Shown here one piece after another: positions 54,801-63,492 of a DNA stretch of 64,000 nucleotides. Position 1 is the first letter of the stretch, and each line of letters begins with the position of its first letter. A program made the translations under genes and the position numbers. Where the stretch lies: contig CAZKOY010000004.1 of NCBI GenBank assembly GCA_964554495.1, positions 18,128 through 82,127 of the forward strand, given 5' to 3'. Under the pieces are notes generated by a model. The model was not told where the DNA came from. It searched no databases and saw only the letters and a program-made list of their open reading frames with translations. This DNA comes from an uncultured Myxococcales bacterium. Its GTDB lineage: Bacteria; Myxococcota_A; Polyangia; Palsa-1104; JAEUJZ01.

Positions 54801-55393
54801 AAGATGCGGTGCGCGACGTGCCAGATCTCTTCGTCGTCTTCCGCAGTGAACAGGCCATCGCCGACGCTGTATGTGCGCAGGTGCGAAAGCGGAGAACGAT
54901 CGCCGATCGTGCGCTTGGGAAAGTCCTGGGGCCGCGACAGCATGTCCTTGATGACTTCGGGATCGCGCGTCAGGTACACGGTGCGCCCCGGTAGCTTCAG
55001 CACGACGAAGTCGCCGAACTTGTGCAAGAGCTCTTCAGCGGCTGCGAGGAAGTTGCCGCGGCGCAGGTCGGCGAGATTGCCAATGATCGGCAGCGGTCGT
55101 GGTCCTGGAATGGTCGCTGTGGCAGCGGCAGCGGGCTCGCTGGACTTGTCGGTAGGACGGGTCAGCTCGACGGAAAGAAGCAGCCCGTCCGGCAAGCTAT
55201 CGGACAGCGCCACGACATCGCCATCGGCATCGCGGCAGAGGACGCGGCCCCCTTCAGGGAGCGTCTGTCCCAGCGCGCTCAGAATGGCGCGCTCAATCGA
55301 TTCGGCACTGCTGCCGGGATAAAACGCAACGCGCAGCGGCGCAGCCGACATCGCACTGGCCATGCGCACCTGGATGCTCTTCTTGGTGCTCAT
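51866..55393 (-). CDS. Self-sufficient cytochrome P450 - NADPH-P450 reductase fusion (CYP102/P450-BM3-like) with ~95-aa N-terminal extra domain
   Basis: Haem loop FGLGMRSCIGFQFA. Flavodoxin-like FYVLYGSNMGTCQDLA. FAD motif RYYSISSSP. NADPH motif LIGPGTGLAPMRGF. The P450 fold starts near IPGPRPLPIIGNL, after about 95 residues. Confidence 0.9.
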   Translation of the reverse strand: MSTKKSIQVRMASAMSAAPLRVAFYPGSSAESIERAILSALGQTLPEGGRVLCRDADGDVVALSDSLPDGLLLSVELTRPTDKSSEPAAAATATIPGPRPLPIIGNLADLRRGNFLAAAEELLHKFGDFVVLKLPGRTVYLTRDPEVIKDMLSRPQDFPKRTIGDRSPLSHLRTYSVGDGLFTAEDDEEIWHVAHRILLPTMGTSALKQYYPKMLEIADVLLAQLGRLRASEPFLATDLMTRMTFETIAYTGFNTRFHCLESNEAIPFVDAMVEVLRDAMQAPMTVLPASFHPLAAHRRERANTVLAGTVDRIIAERKQALERGEPVPNDILQTMLTARDRMTGKRLPDENIRHQLITFLIAGHETTSGLLSYALYLISRHPQIEAALCAEVDRVLGRDFSYRPTYQDIERLDYVGRVLKETLRLYPTAPAFNKVVDRDTMLAGMYPVSKGQRVVTLLTALHRHPQHWGPDAERFDPDRFLPDSVAARHPNVYHPFGLGMRSCIGFQFALLEARLVLALLYQRYRPRLHDPNYQLVHVQTLTIKPKDLQLFLEPRGEEKGAFPTPEQRDAPVDTQTGRTTSGPPFYVLYGSNMGTCQDLAQGIARQATARGFAPVLADLDAFSSLDALAKIGAAPLVIVSSTYNGTPPDNAQKFAALISDLTLAGSPLQGLQYAVLGCGNKQWRTTFQKFPKHVHARLCALGATPFMPLGSCDADGDLEAAADAWQQQLFRTVPTIFSAGSPPPPAPETSPLLYSVEVVNFAGTQARAVLPNKFPLQDEARLGVILRNEELQSSLSDRSTRHIEIELPEGVTYAAGDHLGVFPENPHDLVAAVAARCGVRSSDVVVLHEVSPLHPTSVGDSAHLPTGVPITVHDLLTYHIDLSGPLSRKELRALAEGCPCPPEQKQLLDLASEATFGRDVLGQKLTLLDVLLRFASVHCPLPLLLSLRPLLKPRYYSISSSPRMLARACSITVGVHNFNGPHEARREGLCSHYLLHCPAGSQIRMLVKDTRSTFRLPVDAKTPVLLIGPGTGLAPMRGFIQERAAQRQAGENVGKTVLFFGCRRPDHDFIYRYELEQHLKDGSLDQLYIAFSRQPDHPRMYVQDLLRQHADRVLALLDQGAAIYVCGDARKMATDVQHTLAQLVAKARGCSLADADAVLEGWKSEGRYLQDVWAS

Positions 55394-55455
55394 CGCTTGT
55401 CATTGTCGGGACGGATCGCTGGCAAAAGCAAGGCGAGCGAAACAGGATGTGGTCG

Positions 55456-56493
55456 CTACCGAATGGTGAAACCGATCGACGTGACGACCGTGTGCAGCCA
55501 GTTGTTGGTATAACCGTCGCCCGGCGGTGGATCGTCCTGGCTGAAGCCCTGCGCGCCCCCGCCGAGATAGCGCAGGTTGAGGAAGGTCTCCATAAAACTC
55601 GTAAGCGACAACCCGATGCGCAGCGATGCGTCGAGGATCGCGCCTTCGAACTCGTACAAGCTGCCGGTGATGATGCGACCGCGCGCATACAGACCGTCGA
55701 TCTCGGTGCCGATGAACAGGCCGTTTTTGAACGTGGTGCGAGCGCGCAGATGCAAAAGCGGTACGACGCCGATGTCGTTGTTTACGCGACGCAGCGCGCC
55801 GTCCGCCGACGTGAACGAGATGGCCGCGTTGCGGATCTGCAGACCGACGCCGATGGCTAGCTCGTGCCGGCGACTGCGGAAGAAGTCGAACTGATAGTTG
55901 AAGCGATAGAAGTCAAAGCCATAGCGGAAGTTGACCGGCGTGCCGCTGGGAAAGTCCAGCTGATCGACGCGCAGATCGCGGGCCAGGACTTGTTCGGTTC
56001 GCAGGTCGATGGGCTGGTACAGAAAGATCAGCGTGTGGCGACGGAACAACTCGACTTCGGCCGAGATGCGCGCGAAGAAGAACAGGTTGTTCTGGCCACC
56101 TTCGTTGATGTAGTCGATCTCGGATCCGTCCTGGCTGAACTGGATGGTGTGCTTGGCCACACCGACGGTGCCAAGCTCAAGATTCAAGCGCAGGGCGACG
56201 TTGCGTGCGGGGTTGTTGATGCGAAACGCGGTCGGCAGGATGACCGGCAGATCATCTGCAGCGCTGGGCGGCGCAGGCCAGGCTACAGAGGGTGTGTAGG
56301 CTTCTGGCGAGGTCGCTATCTGCAGTGGCTGCTGTGCGTTTGCAGCGGCGGGCTGCCACGCGCAGCAGGCAAAGCAGAGGAACGCGAGGGCCGAAGGATG
56401 GAAGGAACGAACGAAGGAAGAAAGGAACGAAGAAAATCGGGGTCGCGCTGCGTGCATGCCTGTTAGTTGCCGGCCACCACGCAAGCGCGCCAA
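55456..56493 (-). CDS. Hypothetical outer-membrane beta-barrel protein
   Basis: Signal peptide ...LAFLCFACCAWQPAAANA. Alternating hydrophobic pattern throughout, many aromatic-x-aromatic strands. Alternative start at MHAARP (56457). Confidence 0.55.
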   Translation of the reverse strand: MARLRGGRQLTGMHAARPRFSSFLSSFVRSFHPSALAFLCFACCAWQPAAANAQQPLQIATSPEAYTPSVAWPAPPSAADDLPVILPTAFRINNPARNVALRLNLELGTVGVAKHTIQFSQDGSEIDYINEGGQNNLFFFARISAEVELFRRHTLIFLYQPIDLRTEQVLARDLRVDQLDFPSGTPVNFRYGFDFYRFNYQFDFFRSRRHELAIGVGLQIRNAAISFTSADGALRRVNNDIGVVPLLHLRARTTFKNGLFIGTEIDGLYARGRIITGSLYEFEGAILDASLRIGLSLTSFMETFLNLRYLGGGAQGFSQDDPPPGDGYTNNWLHTVVTSIGFTIR

Positions 56494-56509
56494 CTTGCTG
56501 CGCTGCGCG

Positions 56510-57415
<906 letters not shown>

Positions 57416-57455
57416 GGTGTCCTCTTCCTGTAGGGGCGTTTGCGAGTCGAAGAAC

Positions 57456-57471
57456 AGCAATGGGCATGCCA
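57456..57471 (-). promoter_or_regulatory. Sigma-54 (-24/-12) promoter candidate upstream of the MBL / OM barrel / P450 genes
   Basis: The minus strand reads cgTGGCATGCCCATTGCTgt. The GG and GC dinucleotides sit at the canonical spacing of TGGCACG-N4-TTGCW, with the -12 element about 40 nt upstream of ATG 57415. Confidence 0.5.
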
Positions 57472-57560
57472 CGATGCGGAGGTTCCCTGGGCGGCTCGCG
57501 CGCCTAGCTGTCCAGCCTGGGGCCTCAGGTCGCCCCGGCCCGCGAGTCCGGCGGAAACGG

Positions 57561-57600
57561 TCATGTTTCACATGGTTTCACGATGTTTCACATGTTTCAT
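57561..57600. repeat. Four tandem, helically phased ~10-bp repeats (core GTTTCA / TGAAAC)
   Basis: tcatGTTTCAc atgGTTTCAc gatGTTTCAc atGTTTCAt. Cores at 57565, 57575, 57585 and 57594, giving spacings of 10, 10 and 9 bp. The array sits 8 nt past the pseudokinase stop and about 100-130 bp upstream of the sigma-54 motif. Confidence 0.8.
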
Positions 57601-57607
57601 CCGGCCT

Positions 57608-60607
57608 CTAGGCTGCGCGGTGCGGTGCGGAAGGTGGCGCGGGCAGATAGCTGGCGAGCGCGCTGTACAGCTCCGCGCTGCTTGGGCGCTGCACCGGTTC
57701 GCGGTGCAGGCAGGCGGACAGCAGCGAGACCAGCGTGGCGTCTAGGCCTGGGAGCGTCGACAGGCGGGCAGCGCTGCCCTGTGGCGTCGGCGGTGCGGTC
57801 TCGGCTGCTGCGACCTCGGCTTGGCTGCGCTCGCTGGCCAAGAGCTCAAGCGCCAGCAAGCCGAAGCCGAACACATCCGACTGCGGCGTTGCGGCATGCA
57901 GGCCAGTGGCTAGCTCGGGGGCGCGATAGCGGCGAATCACGCTTGCCTCGTCAGCGCTTTCGGCCAGGACTTCGTCCGCGTGGATGGCGGCTTGCGCCGC
58001 GGTCGAGGTCAAGTCAGCGAGCTCGGGATGGCCGCCTGCTGCCACGGATGCGAGGCCCAAGTCGACTAGCTGCACGCGGTAGGGCGCGCCATCGACGCTG
58101 ACTTGTACGCTCTGTGGCTGCAGGTTGCGATGGACGATGCCGTGTTGATGCAGCACACGCAGCCCGGCCGCCAGCTGAGCGATGATGCACAAGGCCGCAT
58201 CAAGCGTGCGCGGCAGACCGAGCAGGTGGCGCAGCGAGCGGCTAGGGCGCCGCTCGCAGATCAGAAAAGTGGTGCCATCCGGCGCTTGATCGATATCGAC
58301 GATGCTGTCGAGGTATGGATCGCGAAGGACGGTGAGCAGCTTGGCTTCGCGCGCGAAGCGAGCAAGCAGGGCAGGGTGGGCGGCGTTCGACACCACCTTG
58401 GCGACAAAGCGCTTTTGATCGGAGCTGCGCTGCACTTGGTACAGCTGATAGCCGCCGTGAACTTCAAGCTGCGTCATCACGCGATAGCTGCGCCCCAAAG
58501 GGGCTCCCGGTGGCAGCGTCGGCGCGTCGCGTGAGCCGGCGGTGCTATCACTGCGCTGCGCTTCGTCCTGCGCAACATCGGACAAGCTGCCGTGCTGACT
58601 GACCTGCAGCAGCCTCCTGCCTAGCTGGTGGCGCAGATCGCTGTTTAGCTGCTGCTCGGCGGCATGGCTTTCTTGCAGCTCCCGCAGCTTGGCCAAAAGA
58701 TCGCGTCGCATGTCTTCGATGGCGCGGGCCAAGGCGGCGTGCTCGTGGCCCTCGTCGATAGGAACGGGGGTCTGAAGCTCGCCCTTCGCCAGGCGGGCTG
58801 CTGCGGCCAGCAGGCTGCGCTGCTCATCAAGCTTGCGCTTGGTATGCATGCTCTGTTCTTCCAAGTCATCGGCGCGCTGGGCCGTCAAGGTCAGCGCGAC
58901 TTGGTTTCCGAGCTCGATCAAGATTTCGAGATCTTCGTTCTGAAATTCGCGGCGACTGGCGGACGCTTCCAGGTACACGACACCCAGCAAGCGACCTTGG
59001 ACCAGAAGCGGGGCCGCCATCACGCTCTGGGTTTGGGTCTGGGTTTGGGATGAAGATGCTTCGTGGCTGCGACGAAGACGCTGACGCATGGCCGGTCGGC
59101 GCTTCTTTTCAACGGCATCTAGCGTGACTGGATCGCAGCCCGCCGTGGCACTGGCGGGATCCTTCAGCTGACCTTGGGCAGTGCGTGCCGCAAGCACGCG
59201 CAGGCCGCCCGTCGACTCATCGCATAGAAACAGGACGGCGCGCTCGGCCTGCAGAAGTCGCTGCAGGGCCTGCAGCGTGCTGTCCGCGTGCTCTCGACTG
59301 CCACTGTGCTGCGTCGATGACAGGCTGGTTCCCAGGACGGCAGAGTAGTTACCCAGGCGCTGCAAGAACGCGCGATAGCGACGGACCAAGATCGTGCCCA
59401 TGGCACCGATGAAGACGATGCCGGTGAGTGCGCGCACATCGAATTCCATGCGCAGGATATGCAGCGCGACCAGCACCTGCGGCACGGCGAGCAAGCTGGT
59501 GCCCAGCAGACCCAAGGCGAGGATGCGCGCATCGGCGTTGCCACGCAAAAGGCCATGGATCGCCGCGCCATAGATGGCCACTGAAAAGGGCAGCCAGAAC
59601 AGAAGCGAGGCTTTAAGAAACAGCTCCAGGTGAATGACGCCGGTCAGCGTGCCCAGCATGCCGAGGAAAAACAAAAGCGCATTGGCCACGCCCATCCCGC
59701 GCATGAAGCGCGACCAGCCGTCGTCGAAGAGCTGCGCGATGAAGGCGCACATCGACGCGCTGATCAGGCAGAACGAAGCCACCAAGATCAGGCGCCATAG
59801 TGCCGGGTGATCGAATAGATATGCCCGCGCCTGCGAGCGACTCAGCAGATAAGCGCCGATGCTCAGGCACTGCACGGCGTACAAAAGGTACAAGCGCTCG
59901 CGACGCTGCAGCAGAAACAGGCCCAGCACGCCTGCGCCCAGCACCAAGGCAATCAGGCCGACAATCAGAAACGGCAACCCTTTGTGGATGGCGTCTGCAA
60001 ACAGCTCGGCACGTCCGCCCCAAAGTGGCGGCCGGATCAGCCCGATGTCGGAATAGACCGATCGCAGGTGCAGGGTCAGCAGCTTGCCCGTTGGCTGTGA
60101 GCCCAAGGGCAGATAGATGGGGCGCTTGGCAATGAAGCGCTGTGCATCGCCTTGCATCGGGCCGAAGCGCATGATGCGCTCGCCATCGAGAAATGCTTCG
60201 AGGCACTGATCGACTTCGTGCAAGAACAGCGTAGGGTCGACGGCCGCCGGTCCGCTGAGCCAGGTGCGCAGCCATAGATCGGCGCGGCCGCTGCGGCCTG
60301 GTGGGTTGTGCAGGCGCTGCGTGTTCTGCCAGGCGGCGCTGGGTGCTGCATCGCGCGACCAGGCCTGGCTTCCGTCGGGAAGTACGGGTGATTCGCCATA
60401 CCGATACTGCCAAGCACCAACATAGGTCGCGATGCCTTGGGTCACGGGGACATCGCTGCTGAGCTCTGCGCTGCGACAGCTCGTCAAGGCCAAGACCAGC
60501 AAGCTGCAAAGTGTCGCAAGCGCGCGACAAGACCTCGCACCATGGGCAGCACGGAAGCGATGCTGACCGGCCCACACCTGCGCGGCTGCATGGCTCATGC
60601 GGCTCAT
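57608..60607 (-). CDS. 7TMR-DISM-type sensor - GAF - HAMP-like - Hanks-fold PSEUDOkinase (paralogue 2)
   Basis: Lipobox-like LVLALTSC. WQYRYGESP...PPGRSGRADLWLRT...LEAFLDGERIMRFG. About 7 TM helices. GAF-like region. RLAKGELQTPVPIDEGHEHAALARAIEDMRRDL. In the kinase fold, HRNLQPQS replaces HRDLKPxN, DLG replaces DFG, and the Gly loop is degenerate. Confidence 0.85.
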   Translation of the reverse strand: MSRMSHAAAQVWAGQHRFRAAHGARSCRALATLCSLLVLALTSCRSAELSSDVPVTQGIATYVGAWQYRYGESPVLPDGSQAWSRDAAPSAAWQNTQRLHNPPGRSGRADLWLRTWLSGPAAVDPTLFLHEVDQCLEAFLDGERIMRFGPMQGDAQRFIAKRPIYLPLGSQPTGKLLTLHLRSVYSDIGLIRPPLWGGRAELFADAIHKGLPFLIVGLIALVLGAGVLGLFLLQRRERLYLLYAVQCLSIGAYLLSRSQARAYLFDHPALWRLILVASFCLISASMCAFIAQLFDDGWSRFMRGMGVANALLFFLGMLGTLTGVIHLELFLKASLLFWLPFSVAIYGAAIHGLLRGNADARILALGLLGTSLLAVPQVLVALHILRMEFDVRALTGIVFIGAMGTILVRRYRAFLQRLGNYSAVLGTSLSSTQHSGSREHADSTLQALQRLLQAERAVLFLCDESTGGLRVLAARTAQGQLKDPASATAGCDPVTLDAVEKKRRPAMRQRLRRSHEASSSQTQTQTQSVMAAPLLVQGRLLGVVYLEASASRREFQNEDLEILIELGNQVALTLTAQRADDLEEQSMHTKRKLDEQRSLLAAAARLAKGELQTPVPIDEGHEHAALARAIEDMRRDLLAKLRELQESHAAEQQLNSDLRHQLGRRLLQVSQHGSLSDVAQDEAQRSDSTAGSRDAPTLPPGAPLGRSYRVMTQLEVHGGYQLYQVQRSSDQKRFVAKVVSNAAHPALLARFAREAKLLTVLRDPYLDSIVDIDQAPDGTTFLICERRPSRSLRHLLGLPRTLDAALCIIAQLAAGLRVLHQHGIVHRNLQPQSVQVSVDGAPYRVQLVDLGLASVAAGGHPELADLTSTAAQAAIHADEVLAESADEASVIRRYRAPELATGLHAATPQSDVFGFGLLALELLASERSQAEVAAAETAPPTPQGSAARLSTLPGLDATLVSLLSACLHREPVQRPSSAELYSALASYLPAPPSAPHRAA

Positions 60608-63486
60608 GAGGCGTGGTCTCCTGCAGGCTCTTTCGCGAGGCTGTCATCATGGGTTGCCCAGGTCGCAAGCGCGCTGGATAGCTCGTCGGCGCTGGGGCGC
60701 TGCACGGCATCTTCTGCCAAGCAGCGGCTGATCAGTGCTGACAAAGAACTGGGCAGATCGCCGCGCAGGGACTGCACAGACCGAAGCTGCAGCACCTCAC
60801 CGCGATAGCGACTGACAACCGGAGGCCGAGAAAAAGGCAGGACACCAGTCAAGAGCTCATAGGCGATGACGCCCAGGCTAAAGATGTCCGAGGGCGGCTG
60901 TGCGAGGTGCGAGCCAACGTATAGCTCAGGCGCCAAGTACATCGGCGAACCGACGAGCAGACCGGGCTGCTCGCGGGCTTCGCGCGCCACCGCTTCCTGC
61001 TGGCTCAAGGTCGAAAGGCCAAAGTCGACAAGCTTGGCTTGTGGTTCGCCATCGACTTGCGCCACCAAGACATTGGCGGGCTTCAGGTCGCGGTGGACGA
61101 CGCCGTGGGCATGTACGGTGCGCAGGCCGCTTGCGATCTGCGAAAGCACGCGACAGGCACCCCGCACATCGCGATAGCGATCCATGCACTGACTGAGCGG
61201 CGTGCCTGGGACCCGTTCCATCACCAAGAACAGCAGGCGCGTATCCGTCAGATCGACATCGACGATGGCCGCAACATGTGGATCGCTCAGCCGCGCCAGG
61301 ATCTGCGCTTCGCGAGCGAACTGCAGGATGGCTTCCTTCTGGGCCTTGGCCGAGATCACCTTGGCCGCGAGCCGACGACCGTCGCGCAGGCGCTCGACGT
61401 CATAGACACTGCCGCTGGCCCCTTGGCCCAGCACGCCGACCACGCGGTAGCCATCGCCAAGAAGCTCGCCGGCTTCTAGCCACTGACTGCGCTGCAGCGG
61501 ATTGCTGCCGCTGCCTAGCGCCTGATCCAAGAGCCGCTGAATGCGCTGCTCGATCTGAAAGCGCAGCTCTTCGTTGAGCTTCTGCGCTGCCACGCGGCTG
61601 CTCGTAAGCTCGGCCATCTTGGCGGCTAGATCGCGGCGCATACCGTCGAGAAGACCGGCCAGCGCGCTGAGCTGACTTTCCGTCGGCACCGTGATCGGAG
61701 ACTGCAGATCACCACGCGCCAGGCGGCCGACCTGCTGCAAGAGCTGCTGCTGTTCGTTGAGCAAGCGCTGTGCGTGCTGTGTCTGCTGTTCCAGCGTGCT
61801 GGTCCGCGCGCCCAGCAAGTGCAGCGCGATCTGCCGACTGAGTCCCTGCACCAACACGCGCTCGCTGTGGCCGATTCCGACGACGCTGTCGTGCAGGTAC
61901 AGCACACCCAGCAGCTGATCGTGGACTAGAAGCGGCACTGCAAGCTCGCTGAAGCGCATGCCGAGATCAGCGGCCACCCGCGCCCCCAGCGAGTCATCGG
62001 CCACACGCTGCTCGGCGGTCACCTGACGCGTCGCAAGAGCACGGCGAGCTGGCGCAGGGATCGACGGATTTTCTTCGCCATCGACCGCAGACAAGTCACC
62101 GCGCGCATCGCGAGCGGCCAAGAGCTTCACGGCATTTCCATCGTCATCGCAGACAAACAGCAGCGCTCGCTCGGCCTGCAGCATGCGCAGAAGCTCGGCC
62201 AGCACGCGGTGGGCATGCTGGCGCGGGGACAGCGAGCGCGCCGATTCGAAGTTGAGCTGCATCAGCGCCGAATAGTCGGCTAGCTGACGCTGCGCGCGAC
62301 GCACGCGATGCGACAAGATCACGCCCAGCGTAAGCGCGAACAGCGCCGCCGGATAATGACCCAAAAAGCCGGTGCGCGGCAGCACCCGCATCTCTTGCAA
62401 GACCTGCCACGTGGCAAAGGCCGCCGCGATGAGCAGGCCCACGCTGAGCATGCGGCCATAAAGCTCGCCGCGCAGGGTGCTGGCCAGGGTCTTGCCGATC
62501 ACCAGCAGCATGAACAGCAAGAACAAATACTTCAGAACTTCAGACGTGTTGACGATGTGAACGCGTCCGCTGATCACCAAGAAGCTGGCGAACGCAAAGT
62601 ACAAAAGGAAGATGGCGGCCAAGGCCGGCAGCAAGTTGAATCGGTCTTGGCCCAACATGCGCGCCACGAACAGCGACAAGAACCCGCCTGAAAAGCACAG
62701 GCTGCTTAGCTCGACGTAGTACCAGACGACCGCGGCGGATATGAAATAGGAACGGATGGTCGAGCGGCACAAGACATACACGCCCAAGCTCAGTAAGCAC
62801 AGGCCGTACAGAAGCAGGTCGGTCTCGCTGCGCTGCACGAGAAACAGCGACAACAAGGCCAAGCCGGCGGTCAAGAGCAGCACTCCGATCAGCGCGGGAC
62901 CCAGGCCTTCTTGCACCACGGCCGATAGCACATGCGTGTACTCGCCCAGGTGTTGTGGCGTCGGGAACCCGATGCGGGCATGCGGCGAGTACACACGGAT
63001 CACCAGAAGACGGCCGGCTACCCGTTCGGGCAGGGGCAGAAAGTGGTTCTGAAAGCCAGGAAAGCCGCGCGCCGTCGGCCCATCGAGCACGCCGAAGCGC
63101 TCGATCATCTGCCCATCGAGGAACGCCTCGAAGCTCTGCTCGACGAAGTCAAGCTGCAGGACTAGGCGCGATGTGCCCCATGGATCCGCGGCAAGGGGCG
63201 GCAAGCGCGTGCGCAGCCACAGATACGCTTGGCCGCTTCGGCCGGGCGGGTTGTGCGTCTGCTGCGTCGGGCGCCAGCTTGCGCTGGGATCGCTGTGGGC
63301 TTCGTCGGGCAGCGACCACAAAAAGCGACCGTCGGGCGAAAGCGGCGATTCGCCATAGCGATATTCCCAAGTGCCAGGGTACGAGCGCATGCGCTCTGGA
63401 GGAGGGCGCTCTGGTCCGTCGACCGGGGCGCTGCAGCCCATGGCAAGCAGCAGGCCCAGGATGATCAGCACAGCGACAGAGCGCAT
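60604..63486 (-). CDS. 7TMR-DISM-type sensor - GAF - HAMP-like - Hanks Ser/Thr kinase (paralogue 1, catalytic motifs intact)
   Basis: Lipobox LLLAMGC. WEYRYGESP...PPGRSGQAYLWLRT...FEAFLDGQMIERFG. Seven hydrophobic helices. GAF-like LLFVCDDDGN...VPLLVHDQLLGVLYLHD. RLARGDLQSPITVPTESQLSALAGLLDGMRRDL. Kinase motifs GQGASGSVY, AAK, HRDLKPANVLV, DFGLS, SPMYLAPE. Confidence 0.85.
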   Translation of the reverse strand: MRSVAVLIILGLLLAMGCSAPVDGPERPPPERMRSYPGTWEYRYGESPLSPDGRFLWSLPDEAHSDPSASWRPTQQTHNPPGRSGQAYLWLRTRLPPLAADPWGTSRLVLQLDFVEQSFEAFLDGQMIERFGVLDGPTARGFPGFQNHFLPLPERVAGRLLVIRVYSPHARIGFPTPQHLGEYTHVLSAVVQEGLGPALIGVLLLTAGLALLSLFLVQRSETDLLLYGLCLLSLGVYVLCRSTIRSYFISAAVVWYYVELSSLCFSGGFLSLFVARMLGQDRFNLLPALAAIFLLYFAFASFLVISGRVHIVNTSEVLKYLFLLFMLLVIGKTLASTLRGELYGRMLSVGLLIAAAFATWQVLQEMRVLPRTGFLGHYPAALFALTLGVILSHRVRRAQRQLADYSALMQLNFESARSLSPRQHAHRVLAELLRMLQAERALLFVCDDDGNAVKLLAARDARGDLSAVDGEENPSIPAPARRALATRQVTAEQRVADDSLGARVAADLGMRFSELAVPLLVHDQLLGVLYLHDSVVGIGHSERVLVQGLSRQIALHLLGARTSTLEQQTQHAQRLLNEQQQLLQQVGRLARGDLQSPITVPTESQLSALAGLLDGMRRDLAAKMAELTSSRVAAQKLNEELRFQIEQRIQRLLDQALGSGSNPLQRSQWLEAGELLGDGYRVVGVLGQGASGSVYDVERLRDGRRLAAKVISAKAQKEAILQFAREAQILARLSDPHVAAIVDVDLTDTRLLFLVMERVPGTPLSQCMDRYRDVRGACRVLSQIASGLRTVHAHGVVHRDLKPANVLVAQVDGEPQAKLVDFGLSTLSQQEAVAREAREQPGLLVGSPMYLAPELYVGSHLAQPPSDIFSLGVIAYELLTGVLPFSRPPVVSRYRGEVLQLRSVQSLRGDLPSSLSALISRCLAEDAVQRPSADELSSALATWATHDDSLAKEPAGDHAS

Positions 63487-63492
63487 TCCCGC

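Noticed and set aside
56398-56440. Purine-rich run (ggaaggaacgaacgaaggaagaaaggaacgaagaaaa) as an H-DNA or regulatory element
   Set aside because: It is not mirror-symmetric. On the minus strand it simply encodes the Ser/Phe-rich n-region of a signal peptide (RFSSFLSSFVRSF).
57561-57600. GTTTCA/GAAAC repeats as a CRISPR array or as a coding MFH-repeat ORF
   Set aside because: The units are 9-10 bp with no spacers, so this is not a CRISPR array. The plus-strand ORFs through it (57440-57745, 57583-58101) have shadow composition and overlap the kinase gene antisense.
59613-60710. 365-aa minus-strand ORF in an alternative frame across the kinase/pseudokinase junction
   Set aside because: It is an out-of-frame overlap with two genes that have full-length paralogous alignment in their own frames. 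Its composition is Arg/Ala/Pro-rich.
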